DNA of 38,134 nt from a virus, in the IMG/VR virus record IMGVR_UViG_3300047673_000075, positions 1 through 38,134 of that record; one strand, given 5' to 3'. The notes under the pieces were generated by a model that made no database searches, was not told the origin of the DNA, and worked only from the letters and a program-made list of their open reading frames with translations. Positions within the stretch are counted from its first letter, which is position 1. Each line of letters opens with the position of its first letter. The position numbers and the translations under genes were made by a program. Below are positions 7,989 through 16,106 of the stretch, piece by piece.

Positions 7989-9443
7989 GTGAGCTTCAAC
8001 GGATCAGGCGTTTTTCAATTAGTTGCTGGAAATCCTGTGGTCACGGGGACCGTTATCAGTTCCACGTGGGCCAACAATACATTAAGCGACATCGCGAATA
8101 ACGGCCTGACGAACTGCATCACGAAGGACGGGCAGCAGACGCTTACCGCGAACATTCCCTTTGGCGGCTTCCGCGCGACCGGCCTCGGCGATGCGGTGAA
8201 TCTTCAGGACGCGACCACGGCGAAGCAGATCCAGAACGGTGGGCTGGTCACGCTTGCATCCGTCGCTGGCACCGACACGATCACGGCATCAACCGCGCCA
8301 GCGATTGGCTCTTACGTGAGCGGCCAGACGTTTCGCTTCGTCTCGGCCGGCGCGAACACGACGAACGCAGTCACGCTGAACATCGGCGCTCTTGGTGCGA
8401 AAGCCCTGATGAAGATCGGCCCGAGCGGCCTCGTGCAGCTTTCCCCAGGCGATCTGAAGACGGGGCAAGTCGTTGAAGTCTTCTACGACGGCACGCAATT
8501 CCAGATGGCTGTGCCCGTCGCACCGAACGTCCCCATCCCGTACACAAATGATCTTCTGAACGGCAATTTCGACGTCTGGCAGTCGCAGACGAGTAACGGG
8601 AATGCAACCAACGGGACCACCGCCTATCTGGCTGACGGCTGGCAGATTTACCGCAATTCTTTTTCGAACAACTACACGGCGTCGCAGCAGACGGGGCCTA
8701 CGGGCTCATCCTTTTGCCTTCGAGTGCAGCGCACGGCCGGCGATACGCAGGTCAGCGGCATCATCGTTTCGCAGTCGTTCGAGACGGTCGACATCAAAAA
8801 ATGGCAAGGGCAGCAACGCTGCTGGTCCGGTCAGCTTCTCGCGAATGGCGCGTTCATCGGAGCGACTTTCACGGCTCAGGTGCTGTTCGGTACCGGCACG
8901 GACGGAAACCCTGCTGCCGGCTTTACCGGACCATTTGGCGCGCTATCCGCCTCGTTCACCGGTACCGGCGCGTATCAGCAGATCTCGCTTCCGTTCGTCG
9001 TCCCGGCCAATGCAACGCAGATGGCCGTGCAAGTTCAGATCGTGCCGTCTTCGACCGCGGCCGGCGCCTCCGATTACTTCCAAGTCGCGCAGATGATGCT
9101 GAACGCCGGCGCGTCGCCGCTTCCTTTTGCATCGCGCCCGTATGGCGTGGAGCTCGCCGAGTGCCAGCGGTATTGGGAAACCGGCAACGAGCCATATTCG
9201 TTCATGAATAACTTGGCTGGCAATACCGCCGCATACGGAGAAGTTCGCCTTTCCGTGAACAAACGCGTCTCGCCGACGATCACGTTTTCAGGATGGCAAT
9301 ACTTTTCCGGCGGGGCGAACACGGTTTTCACGCCGACCATTTCAGCTTCGTTGGTCGATTCGTTCCGCTTCCAGGCAACGGGCCTCACCAACTGGCAAGG
9401 CTGGGCAGGCGCCGGTCTGTGGAACGCAAACGCACGTCTCTGA
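7989..9443 (+). CDS. Tail fibre protein (484 aa), GTG start
   Basis: GGAGA lies 7 nt upstream of GTG 7989. The N-terminus MSFNGSGVFQLV..TVISSTWANNTLSDIANNGLTNCITKDGQQ is the common phage tail-fibre N-terminal pattern. Confidence 0.7.
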   Translation: MSFNGSGVFQLVAGNPVVTGTVISSTWANNTLSDIANNGLTNCITKDGQQTLTANIPFGGFRATGLGDAVNLQDATTAKQIQNGGLVTLASVAGTDTITASTAPAIGSYVSGQTFRFVSAGANTTNAVTLNIGALGAKALMKIGPSGLVQLSPGDLKTGQVVEVFYDGTQFQMAVPVAPNVPIPYTNDLLNGNFDVWQSQTSNGNATNGTTAYLADGWQIYRNSFSNNYTASQQTGPTGSSFCLRVQRTAGDTQVSGIIVSQSFETVDIKKWQGQQRCWSGQLLANGAFIGATFTAQVLFGTGTDGNPAAGFTGPFGALSASFTGTGAYQQISLPFVVPANATQMAVQVQIVPSSTAAGASDYFQVAQMMLNAGASPLPFASRPYGVELAECQRYWETGNEPYSFMNNLAGNTAAYGEVRLSVNKRVSPTITFSGWQYFSGGANTVFTPTISASLVDSFRFQATGLTNWQGWAGAGLWNANARL

Positions 9444-9454
9444 GGGCATAGCAC

Positions 9455-9589
9455 ATGTACAAGATCATCAACGAAGACGTCGTTCTGCGCCTGTCTGACG
9501 GCGCTTTTATCCCGACAACCGATCCTTTGAACCAGGACTATCGCGACTATCTGAAGTGGCTCGAAGCGGGTAACACGCCGGAATCCTGA
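9455..9589 (+). CDS. Small tail-fibre-associated protein (44 aa), absent from the ORF track
   Basis: MYKIINEDVVLRLSDGAFIPTTDPLNQDYRDYLKWLEAGNTPES. I recall this motif type occurring immediately downstream of tail-fibre genes. Confidence 0.5.
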   Translation: MYKIINEDVVLRLSDGAFIPTTDPLNQDYRDYLKWLEAGNTPES

Positions 9590-9647
9590 GGCCTCGACGC
9601 ATCGGGTGATCAACACAATAAATCCGAAACACACGGGGAACTACTGA

Positions 9648-10031
9648 ATGGGTGCAGAACGTATGCGGTACTCAGAAAATCCCCCGCATACCGAAGGCGA
9701 AGGATTGAGAGCAGTCGCGGATGCTCTAGACCGGCTCCGCGACGAGATAGGCCAAAGGCATGTCGAAAATACGAGTTCATTGGAAGTCATCGAGAAGGAC
9801 ATCAAAGTGCTTACCGATCGGGTTGACGATCTCACGAAGGGTTTTCCCAACGGAGATCCAGATGGGCATCGGCTTTATCACGAAGCCACCATCAAGAAGA
9901 TAGAGGCGCGCGCGAGGTTCTATGAGGATCTGCGTGGCGAGCTGGCGAAGAAGGGGATCTGGTCGATGATCATCCTCATCGGCGCCGCGCTCTGGTTCTA
10001 TACGAAAGCGAAACTCAGTGAGGGGAGGTGA
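9648..10031 (+). CDS. Tail-anchored coiled-coil membrane protein (127 aa), lysis-cassette associated
   Basis: Single C-terminal TM segment (IWSMIILIGAALWFY). Its stop overlaps the endolysin start region. GC looks lower than in its neighbours. Confidence 0.5.
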   Translation: MGAERMRYSENPPHTEGEGLRAVADALDRLRDEIGQRHVENTSSLEVIEKDIKVLTDRVDDLTKGFPNGDPDGHRLYHEATIKKIEARARFYEDLRGELAKKGIWSMIILIGAALWFYTKAKLSEGR

Positions 10032-10033
10032 AT

Positions 10034-10513
10034 ATGAGTTCTTTCGATGATGCGTTCACCGCGCTCATGGGGAACGAGGGGTCTTACGTGAACAACCCTG
10101 CCGATCCCGGTGGAGCAACCCGATGGGGCATTACTGAACGCGTTGCGCGCGCAAATGGGTATGTGGGGGAGATGCGCGCGCTCCCTCTTGAAACGGCTCG
10201 CGATATTTTCAAGCGGCTGTATTGGGACCCATTGCACCTCGACGAGTTTGACTCGCGCATCGCGTTCCAGATGGCCGATAGCAATTTCAACGGCGGTCAA
10301 ACCGTGCGATGGGCTCAGGCTGCTGCCGGCGCTGCGGTTGATGGAAAGATGGGACCGATGACGATCGCGGCGATCCGTATGGCTGACCCGCACAGCTTCA
10401 TCATGGCGTTCCTGTCGCAGCGCCTCACCTATCTGACGAACCTCGCTACGTGGTCCACGTTCGGGAAGGGATGGACCCGGCGAATCGCCAACAACCTGCA
10501 GCGGGGTGTCTGA
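10034..10513 (+). CDS. Endolysin, GH108 N-terminal domain plus PG-binding-3-like C-terminal domain
   Basis: FDDAFTALMGNEGSYVNNPADPGGATRWGIT is the GH108 signature. The RBS GGGGAGG precedes ATG 10034; GTG 10028 is an alternative start. Confidence 0.85.
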   Translation: MSSFDDAFTALMGNEGSYVNNPADPGGATRWGITERVARANGYVGEMRALPLETARDIFKRLYWDPLHLDEFDSRIAFQMADSNFNGGQTVRWAQAAAGAAVDGKMGPMTIAAIRMADPHSFIMAFLSQRLTYLTNLATWSTFGKGWTRRIANNLQRGV

Positions 10514-10514
10514 T

Positions 10515-11171
10515 ATGGATTGGTCCGATCTGAAAGGGATCGTCGGGAAGGCTGCGCCGGTGGTCGGGACTCTTCTTGGCGGTCCGGCCGGCGCCGCTGT
10601 GGGCGGTCTCATTGCTGCTGCGCTCGGCACCGACAGCACGCCGGATGCCGTCTCCGCTGCGCTCATCGGGAATCCAGACGCCATCGTGAAGGTTCAGGAG
10701 CTGCAGACCAACGCGAAGATTCAGCTTCAGCAACTCGCAGTCACCGCCGAAGCCAACCGACTCGCGGACGTGCAGAGCGCTCGGGCTCGGCAGTCGGCGA
10801 ATCCGAACGACAAGACGCCTCAGTTTCTTGCGTGGGGCGTCACGATCGGATTCTTCGGCACGCTGCTGCTGGTCGCATTTGCCCGCATGGAGCCCGCGAC
10901 ACAGAATCTACTGCTCGTGATGACTGGGACGCTCTCGACCGCATGGGTGGCGATCATCTCGTATTATTTCGGGTCGTCGAAGGACAGCACGAATCAGACG
11001 AAGATGATCGCGGACGTCGGGTATGCCGCCGCCAACGCCCCGATCAATATTCAGGCTCCGACCGCGCAATCTCATGCCATGCCGGTGCCGATTGCGCAGC
11101 CTATCGCCCCGCAGCCAGTCGACGGCAACACGCCGGTTCCGGGCCTACAGGGCGACATCTACAAGGGCTAG
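10515..11171 (+). CDS. Holin, GTA-type 3-TM holin family-like
   Basis: MDWSDLKGIVGKAAPVVGTLLGGPAGAAVGGLIAAALG...AVSAALIGNPDAIVKVQELQ matches my memory of the GTA_holin_3TM pattern, and further TM segments follow. ATG lies 2 nt after the endolysin stop. Confidence 0.65.
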   Translation: MDWSDLKGIVGKAAPVVGTLLGGPAGAAVGGLIAAALGTDSTPDAVSAALIGNPDAIVKVQELQTNAKIQLQQLAVTAEANRLADVQSARARQSANPNDKTPQFLAWGVTIGFFGTLLLVAFARMEPATQNLLLVMTGTLSTAWVAIISYYFGSSKDSTNQTKMIADVGYAAANAPINIQAPTAQSHAMPVPIAQPIAPQPVDGNTPVPGLQGDIYKG

Positions 11172-11836
11172 AACCGGTAATTCAAGGTCACGGTGTGCGC
11201 GCCCCCGGCCAGTCCCGGGACGCCGTTCGACCAATCCTGCTTCACGTCGTAATAGCGGTATGAGAGGCTGAGCGGGCCGCGCTCCACGCGCGCGCCCACC
11301 ACATACCCGACATGCATCGTGCGGGACGTCTGGAGGTTGTAATCGCCCCACGACGTCTGGGCGTACTGGTTCCACGACTGGCGATACACCCAGGCACCTC
11401 CCTCCAGCGCGAACCGATACCCGCTGTAGGTGTATCCGACGTCCAGCGTCGCCGCAACGCCGTTCAGATGCCCGTGGCCCGCATAATATCCGAGCGCAGG
11501 ATCTGCGACCTTCATGCGGTGCTTCTGCGTGTCGTAGTCCTCGTCGTGCTCCGCACAATTGCACGAGGACGAATATTCCCCGATGTACACGTAATCGACG
11601 TGATACCGGACGTTCCAGTTCGCGCGCGCCCACACTTCGCCGGTGAAGCCGAGATTGACGGCGGCCGTCGTCAGGTGCTGTTTGTTATTCGGAGCGCCGT
11701 ACTGTGTCCACGTACCGTCGCCGATATCTTTGACGTGTCCGACGCCCAATCCGGCCTCGATCTGGAAAAATGATTCGGCGTGCGCGGATGCGCAGGCGAG
11801 TGCAAAAGTGATTGCAGCCAAGGTATAGGCGCGCAT
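11168..11836 (-). CDS. Outer-membrane beta-barrel protein (Ail/Lom/OmpX-like moron), 222 aa
   Basis: Signal peptide MRAYTLAAITFALACASAHA, alternating aromatic beta-strand pattern and C-terminal ...VTLNYRF. It is convergent with the holin gene and next to the attP-like gap. Confidence 0.75.
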   Translation of the reverse strand: MRAYTLAAITFALACASAHAESFFQIEAGLGVGHVKDIGDGTWTQYGAPNNKQHLTTAAVNLGFTGEVWARANWNVRYHVDYVYIGEYSSSCNCAEHDEDYDTQKHRMKVADPALGYYAGHGHLNGVAATLDVGYTYSGYRFALEGGAWVYRQSWNQYAQTSWGDYNLQTSRTMHVGYVVGARVERGPLSLSYRYYDVKQDWSNGVPGLAGGAHTVTLNYRF

Positions 11837-12038
11837 GATTCCCTCGTGATTAAAACAAGGTGCTAAGTGATTGATTTGGTTGAGACGAGAATCGACATTT
11901 CGCGACGTTTTTAACGGGCGAAAAGATGACTGAAGTATTTGATTTAAAACGGAAAACCGCTGATATTAGGTATCAGCATGTCCGAGTAAACGACGATCTC
12001 CTCGCGTCCTTATCTGGCAAGGCTTTGAGGCGAGGCGT
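11837..12038. promoter_or_regulatory. AT-rich non-coding gap beside int: candidate attP plus OMP promoter region
   Basis: This is the most AT-rich stretch of the window. It contains the 7-bp inverted repeat GCTGATA-ttagg-TATCAGC (11959..11977) and repeated TTAAAAC words. The core site is not identifiable without the host sequence. Confidence 0.4.
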
Positions 12039-13157
12039 TCAACCGGTGTGGTTAATTCGTTCAGAATTATTTGTGGCGATCGTCACCTTTATCGGCGCGA
12101 TTCCGCGGCTGTCGGAGTACATTTCAGCCATCGCATCGGTCATGTGACCGAGCAACGCCTTGGTGTCGATGCCACCTTGAGCGTCATAGAGCCGCTTCGA
12201 CAAACTGCGAATCTCGTGAAAAGTCGGCGCATAATCGTCGTTCGTAATGCCAGCGAGCGTGCGCGCATTTGCGAATGATTGACTGATACTTCCTAGCTTC
12301 ACATGAGTTCCAGTCTTCGCACGGCCCTGATTCCTGATGTGGTGAATCAGATACTTGCTCACGACTCCGGTCGATTTGCACTTTGCGATGACATCGCCGA
12401 GAGACATGCCTATCGCGTCGAGACGCAGCGCCATCGGAATTTCTATCTTGATAGACGTTTTCGAGCGCTGAAGAAGCACGACATCTCCAGACGAGAACGA
12501 GCGCTGCCAGCGGCCGATTGTCGATCGGTCCTGTCCTGATACGAGCGCCAACAGCATCGCGTTCTGGAGCCAGTCATTGACCTCCGGTGCCTTGTCGTAG
12601 ATCGTCTGGAACTCTTCGAGCGTCAGTCGGCGGCGCTTCGTCTTCGGAACCGGGCGCGACGTTTCCTTGGCCGGGTTCATCGTCGTGATCAGCCCGAGTT
12701 CCATCCCGCGCCGGCAGATTGTCACGAGGCGATTTCGGATCGATTGCGCCCAGCGCTTCTTTCCTTCCTTCACGATCGGCTCGATGAAGTCGGCGATATG
12801 CTTCGTCGTCAGCTTGTCGCACTCGATTGTGCCGAGCGCTTTCACGATGGCGCCGTCGACATAGCTGCGCGTCTTGAGCGTGGATGCCTTGACGCCTTCG
12901 GTCGGCATGCGGTCGATCAGATCAGCGATCGTCTTCTGCTGTTCCGTCAGTCGCTCGGCAAGTGTGCGTGTAACCTTAGCATTCGCCACGATCACATTCG
13001 CTTCCTGAGCCTGATAGATGGCCTCGGCAAGCGAGATTCGACCGAGTACATGCGTCTTTCCGTCACGCGGATCGCGCCAGACATAATAGCCGGGTCTCGG
13101 CTCGTGCAGATGCTCAGGCCAGTTTGCGCGTTTGCGGATGCGTGGTCGTGCAGCCAT
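12039..13157 (-). CDS. int: Tyrosine integrase, lambda-Int type (372 aa)
   Basis: The N-terminal arm-binding pattern PGYYVWRDPRDGKTHVLGRISLAEAIYQAQEAN resembles lambda Int. The C-terminal part carries FHEIRSL (HxxR) and LLGHMTDAMAEMYSD (H..Y). ATG at 13157 is chosen over the longer track ORF. Confidence 0.9.
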   Translation of the reverse strand: MAARPRIRKRANWPEHLHEPRPGYYVWRDPRDGKTHVLGRISLAEAIYQAQEANVIVANAKVTRTLAERLTEQQKTIADLIDRMPTEGVKASTLKTRSYVDGAIVKALGTIECDKLTTKHIADFIEPIVKEGKKRWAQSIRNRLVTICRRGMELGLITTMNPAKETSRPVPKTKRRRLTLEEFQTIYDKAPEVNDWLQNAMLLALVSGQDRSTIGRWQRSFSSGDVVLLQRSKTSIKIEIPMALRLDAIGMSLGDVIAKCKSTGVVSKYLIHHIRNQGRAKTGTHVKLGSISQSFANARTLAGITNDDYAPTFHEIRSLSKRLYDAQGGIDTKALLGHMTDAMAEMYSDSRGIAPIKVTIATNNSERINHTG

Positions 13158-13159
13158 GA

Positions 13160-13357
13160 TTACCTCGGGATGCGGGAAGCCAGCGACGGTCGCGTCTGGC
13201 GGTCCTGAAAGGTTGCATTCTCGTCGACATAATAAGCGCGGCCGACCTTCTGCGGTGGAGGGTATATGCGGCCGTCGCGAATCCAGCCGCGAGCTGTGGC
13301 GATTGCTGGAGGCGGATCGAACTGGCGCTCCAGCCATTTTTCGAGTCTGAGTTTCAC
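13160..13357 (-). CDS. xis: Excisionase, lambda Xis-like (65 aa), GTG start
   Basis: VKLRLEKWLERQFDPPPAIATARGWIRDGRIYPPPQKVGRAYYVDENA parallels lambda Xis LTLQEWNARQ..VRRWVRECRIFPPPVKDGREYLFHESA. GGGAGGAAAC precedes the GTG. Confidence 0.75.
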   Translation of the reverse strand: MKLRLEKWLERQFDPPPAIATARGWIRDGRIYPPPQKVGRAYYVDENATFQDRQTRPSLASRIPR

Positions 13358-13542
13358 GTTTCCTCCCGAATCAACAGCCAATGCGCGAACTCGACATAGC
13401 GGTACGCGTCGAGCGTCATGCGCCGGGCGATGTTCTGCTGGGCGTATTCTGGCTGACCCTCGGTGCGCGCCGGGATCGCCTCCAGCGAGTAGATCGCCGC
13501 GTCTATTTGATGCTCGATGCGATGGGCGGTGGATGGCTTCAC
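13354..13542 (-). CDS. Hypothetical protein (62 aa), GTG start
   Basis: GTGA overlaps at both ends (13539..13542 and 13354..13357). The upstream part of the track ORF is Arg/His-rich and looks non-coding. Confidence 0.45.
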   Translation of the reverse strand: MKPSTAHRIEHQIDAAIYSLEAIPARTEGQPEYAQQNIARRMTLDAYRYVEFAHWLLIREET

Positions 13543-13991
13543 GATTTCCCTTCCTCCCCGGATTGCCTTGCTCGGTCGATGGCGGCGTCGATGGCTTCGC
13601 GGAGAGTCTTGCAGCCGTTGAAACCTTCGTTGATGTTCGCGGTGATGTGGTCGATGTTGTAGAAGAAGCCCATTTCGTCTTCCTGTTCGAGCCAGTTGAT
13701 GCGATTCGCATCCTTCTCCATCCCCGCGATCCGCTCGCGCAGCGCGGCTATCTCGGTGTCTTGCGAGCGCATGCACTTCGCGGCGTAGAACTGCATCGAC
13801 AGACGATCGAATAGCGGGCCTACCTTCTCATGCTGAACGACGGCATGCGGCATCGGCGGAAACACGAAGCCATCCGCCTGCCCCTCACTCGCGCCCGCTG
13901 CGCGCGGATGGTGGCACTTACCTTCGCTGCGGCACTGGCCGGGCAGATCGCATTCGCGGAACTGGCAGTTGCTAAACGGCGCGTCAGTCAT
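13539..13991 (-). CDS. Hypothetical Cys-rich early protein (150 aa)
   Basis: ORF within the coupled operon. N-terminus CQFRECDLPGQCRSEGKCHH. Confidence 0.6.
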   Translation of the reverse strand: MTDAPFSNCQFRECDLPGQCRSEGKCHHPRAAGASEGQADGFVFPPMPHAVVQHEKVGPLFDRLSMQFYAAKCMRSQDTEIAALRERIAGMEKDANRINWLEQEDEMGFFYNIDHITANINEGFNGCKTLREAIDAAIDRARQSGEEGKS

Positions 13992-14493
13992 TGTCGGACT
14001 CCATGCCTCGCGGTACAGGTTGAAAAGGGTGCATTGCCGCCTTTGCAGCCAGATAGGCTGCGCTCGCTTCTTCTGCAGTTTTGAACAGACCGAGGTTAAT
14101 GATCTTTCGGTTCAGCTTGATCTTCGCGCGCCATTTCCCGATGTCCTTTCGGAAGTGCACGCCGAGATAGCCGCTCTTGTTATGAGCGGGGAGAGCATAG
14201 TTTTGCCCGTTCTCAACACTCGTTGCTTCGCGGAGGTTCAAGAAACGGTTGTCATCATGGACTCCGTTTCTATGGTCAATCAGGTTTTGAGGCCAATCGC
14301 CTGTCATATACAGCCACGCTAGGCGATGCTCGCGATAGTTGCGTCCACCGATGCAGATCATCCGATAACGACGTGTTGTATAAGAACCCGCTACCTTTAC
14401 TAACCTGCCGGCTTTATACCGAGGTACCACCCATGTAAAAACGCCAGTCTCGGGATCGTAATGAACGATCTTCTTCAGTTCTTCGGATGTCAT
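13984..14493 (-). CDS. HNH homing-type endonuclease with AP2 DNA-binding domain (169 aa)
   Basis: EHRLAWLYMTGDWPQNLIDHRNGVHDDNRFLNLREAT (HNH_3 type) followed by SGYLGVHFRKDIGKWRAKIKLNRKIINLGLFKTAEEASAAYLAA (AP2). Its GC is visibly lower than the flanks. Confidence 0.8.
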   Translation of the reverse strand: MTSEELKKIVHYDPETGVFTWVVPRYKAGRLVKVAGSYTTRRYRMICIGGRNYREHRLAWLYMTGDWPQNLIDHRNGVHDDNRFLNLREATSVENGQNYALPAHNKSGYLGVHFRKDIGKWRAKIKLNRKIINLGLFKTAEEASAAYLAAKAAMHPFQPVPRGMESDND

Positions 14494-15200
14494 TTCCCCG
14501 ACTCCTTTGCGATGGCGTTGAGTTCGTCTCGCAATCCGGCGAGCGCATTTACATCAAGCCCTGCCGATGCCTGCCCGTTCCACAGCATCAGGCACTCGAT
14601 CAGGTCTTTGGTCACGGTGGCGATCTGCGAGTCACGCTCACTCGCCCCCGCCGCATCGGCTACCGAAGGCGCGGGAGTGTCGGCGTCCGCACGCTCAGGC
14701 ATAGGGGCGGCGTCTCGACCAAGCGTCACGCATTCGGGTCCGGTCACACACTTGTCATCGACGCACGATCGGCACTCGCCGTCGTTACGCAACCGTTCAA
14801 TAGCCTCCAAGATAGGCGCCGCTCCTCCTGCCTCATCCGGATCGATCCCAAGCGCGTTGTCGATTGCCGCCAGCGCGGAAACTGCTTCCTCAAACATTCG
14901 CTTGTAATCCGCTGTGTCGGCGATGCTCTCAGGCTTCATCGTCTCCGGCACTTGCTCGATGTCGAACCCGCCGCAGTCGTTGCAACGAAACACGGGCGCT
15001 GTGTCGGCGATGCTCGCTTCGAGTTCGGCTTGCTTGCGGCCGATCTTCCAGAAGGGCGCGAGCCAGTGATCGTCGCTCGGTGGCGGGTTCGTGTTCTGGT
15101 AGCCGAAAGCCATCGCGCCGTCGATCGCTTCGCAGGTCAGCCTGCGTTCAAGTTGGATCTGTTCGGACGTCATGCTCGCGCGGATTTCTTTTTCGTTCAT
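14490..15200 (-). CDS. Hypothetical acidic protein (236 aa)
   Basis: ATGA coupling to the HNH gene. Coding-like composition. Confidence 0.6.
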   Translation of the reverse strand: MNEKEIRASMTSEQIQLERRLTCEAIDGAMAFGYQNTNPPPSDDHWLAPFWKIGRKQAELEASIADTAPVFRCNDCGGFDIEQVPETMKPESIADTADYKRMFEEAVSALAAIDNALGIDPDEAGGAAPILEAIERLRNDGECRSCVDDKCVTGPECVTLGRDAAPMPERADADTPAPSVADAAGASERDSQIATVTKDLIECLMLWNGQASAGLDVNALAGLRDELNAIAKESGK

Positions 15201-15224
15201 GCTTTCCTCAAAATTGAAGGGTGG

Positions 15225-15557
15225 CTAGGCGGCACGGCGCGACGTGCGTTGGCAGAATCCGAAAGCGACGTATTGCCCTGACGTTACAGAGTCTCGCCAA
15301 TTGAAGAAGGCCTTTACGGAGCCGATTGGAAGGTCTTCCGGCGCATCCATGCCACCGCCAGAGACACGCACGAACTGATCGTCTGCAAGCGCCTCTTCAA
15401 CACAGCGCACGGCAGACACCGAGTAGTGCCAGCGCGACCCTTGTGCATCGCGGATGCCGTGCGTGGTCCGCATGTTGGCGGGTCGGATGCTCGATGCCAG
15501 CGAGTAGTTCACTCGCGGCTCATCGGACGCGAATAGTGCGAATTGGAGTTGATTCAT
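15225..15557 (-). CDS. Hypothetical protein (110 aa)
   Basis: ATG at 15557 preceded by GAGAG. The 15584 start in the track is a TTG. Confidence 0.5.
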   Translation of the reverse strand: MNQLQFALFASDEPRVNYSLASSIRPANMRTTHGIRDAQGSRWHYSVSAVRCVEEALADDQFVRVSGGGMDAPEDLPIGSVKAFFNWRDSVTSGQYVAFGFCQRTSRRAA

Positions 15558-15738
15558 GTTCTCTCGCAATAACAGTCTGTCCAATCACCATCGTCACGCG
15601 CTGCTGCTCGATCTCCGCGACCATCTCCACGAATCTCTGACAGAGCGCGTGCGTCTGTTGTGTCGTCGGCTTCCGAGCGAGCCCGAGAGATTCGAGTGCT
15701 TCGAGCAGGGCGAGGTAGGGGCGGGATAGGCGGATCAT
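15520..15738 (-). CDS. Hypothetical protein (72 aa)
   Basis: ATGA coupling with the upstream ORF at 15735..15738. Its 3' end overlaps the next ORF by 38 nt. Confidence 0.45.
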   Translation of the reverse strand: MIRLSRPYLALLEALESLGLARKPTTQQTHALCQRFVEMVAEIEQQRVTMVIGQTVIAREHESTPIRTIRVR

Positions 15739-16061
15739 GTTCCTCTCGCAGCGAGCATCGCGTCTGCCAGCTTGTATGCGGAGATCGCGTAGGTATCGAC
15801 GAGGTTTTCGTCTTTCGTGATCGAGAATGCAGTGGCCGGGGTGTTTCCCATCAGCGGCTCAGACATCAAGCCGATCAGAGCCCTCGCCGCGAAGTAGTCG
15901 CGCAGCGTCATGCCGGACGCAGCGCGGCGCGACGCCTCGATGTAGATCCGATCTCGCTCAGCCGAATCACTGACGCCTTGAATGGCGGCGGCAGCCACCG
16001 TATGCACCATCGCGGCATCGTTGATCGGAAACGCCGGGCCACCGCTGTTCTTCTCGCTCAT
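15735..16061 (-). CDS. Hypothetical protein (108 aa) with GGPAFP motif
   Basis: The N-terminus MSEKNSGGPAFP recurs in small phage early proteins, from memory. Confidence 0.6.
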   Translation of the reverse strand: MSEKNSGGPAFPINDAAMVHTVAAAAIQGVSDSAERDRIYIEASRRAASGMTLRDYFAARALIGLMSEPLMGNTPATAFSITKDENLVDTYAISAYKLADAMLAARGT

Positions 16062-16106
16062 GCTGTCCTCTTTAATCGTTATCCGGCGCAGGGCGCCGGT
16101 CGGGGG

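Noticed and set aside
7989-9443. Diversity-generating retroelement acting on the tail fibre (the layout recalls BPP-1-like podoviruses)
   Set aside because: No reverse transcriptase ORF exists anywhere in the genome. I found no template/variable repeat pair matching the 3' end of the fibre gene.
10520-11271. Embedded spanin (Rz1-like) ORFs in alternative frames of the holin gene (10520..11263, 11023..11271)
   Set aside because: The translations are Arg/Ser/Pro-rich without a signal peptide or lipobox, so they are frame-shadow ORFs.
11926-12147. 73-aa + strand ORF in the attP-like gap, overlapping the int 3' end
   Set aside because: It lies in AT-rich non-coding-looking sequence, has no RBS, and overlaps the well-supported integrase on the opposite strand.
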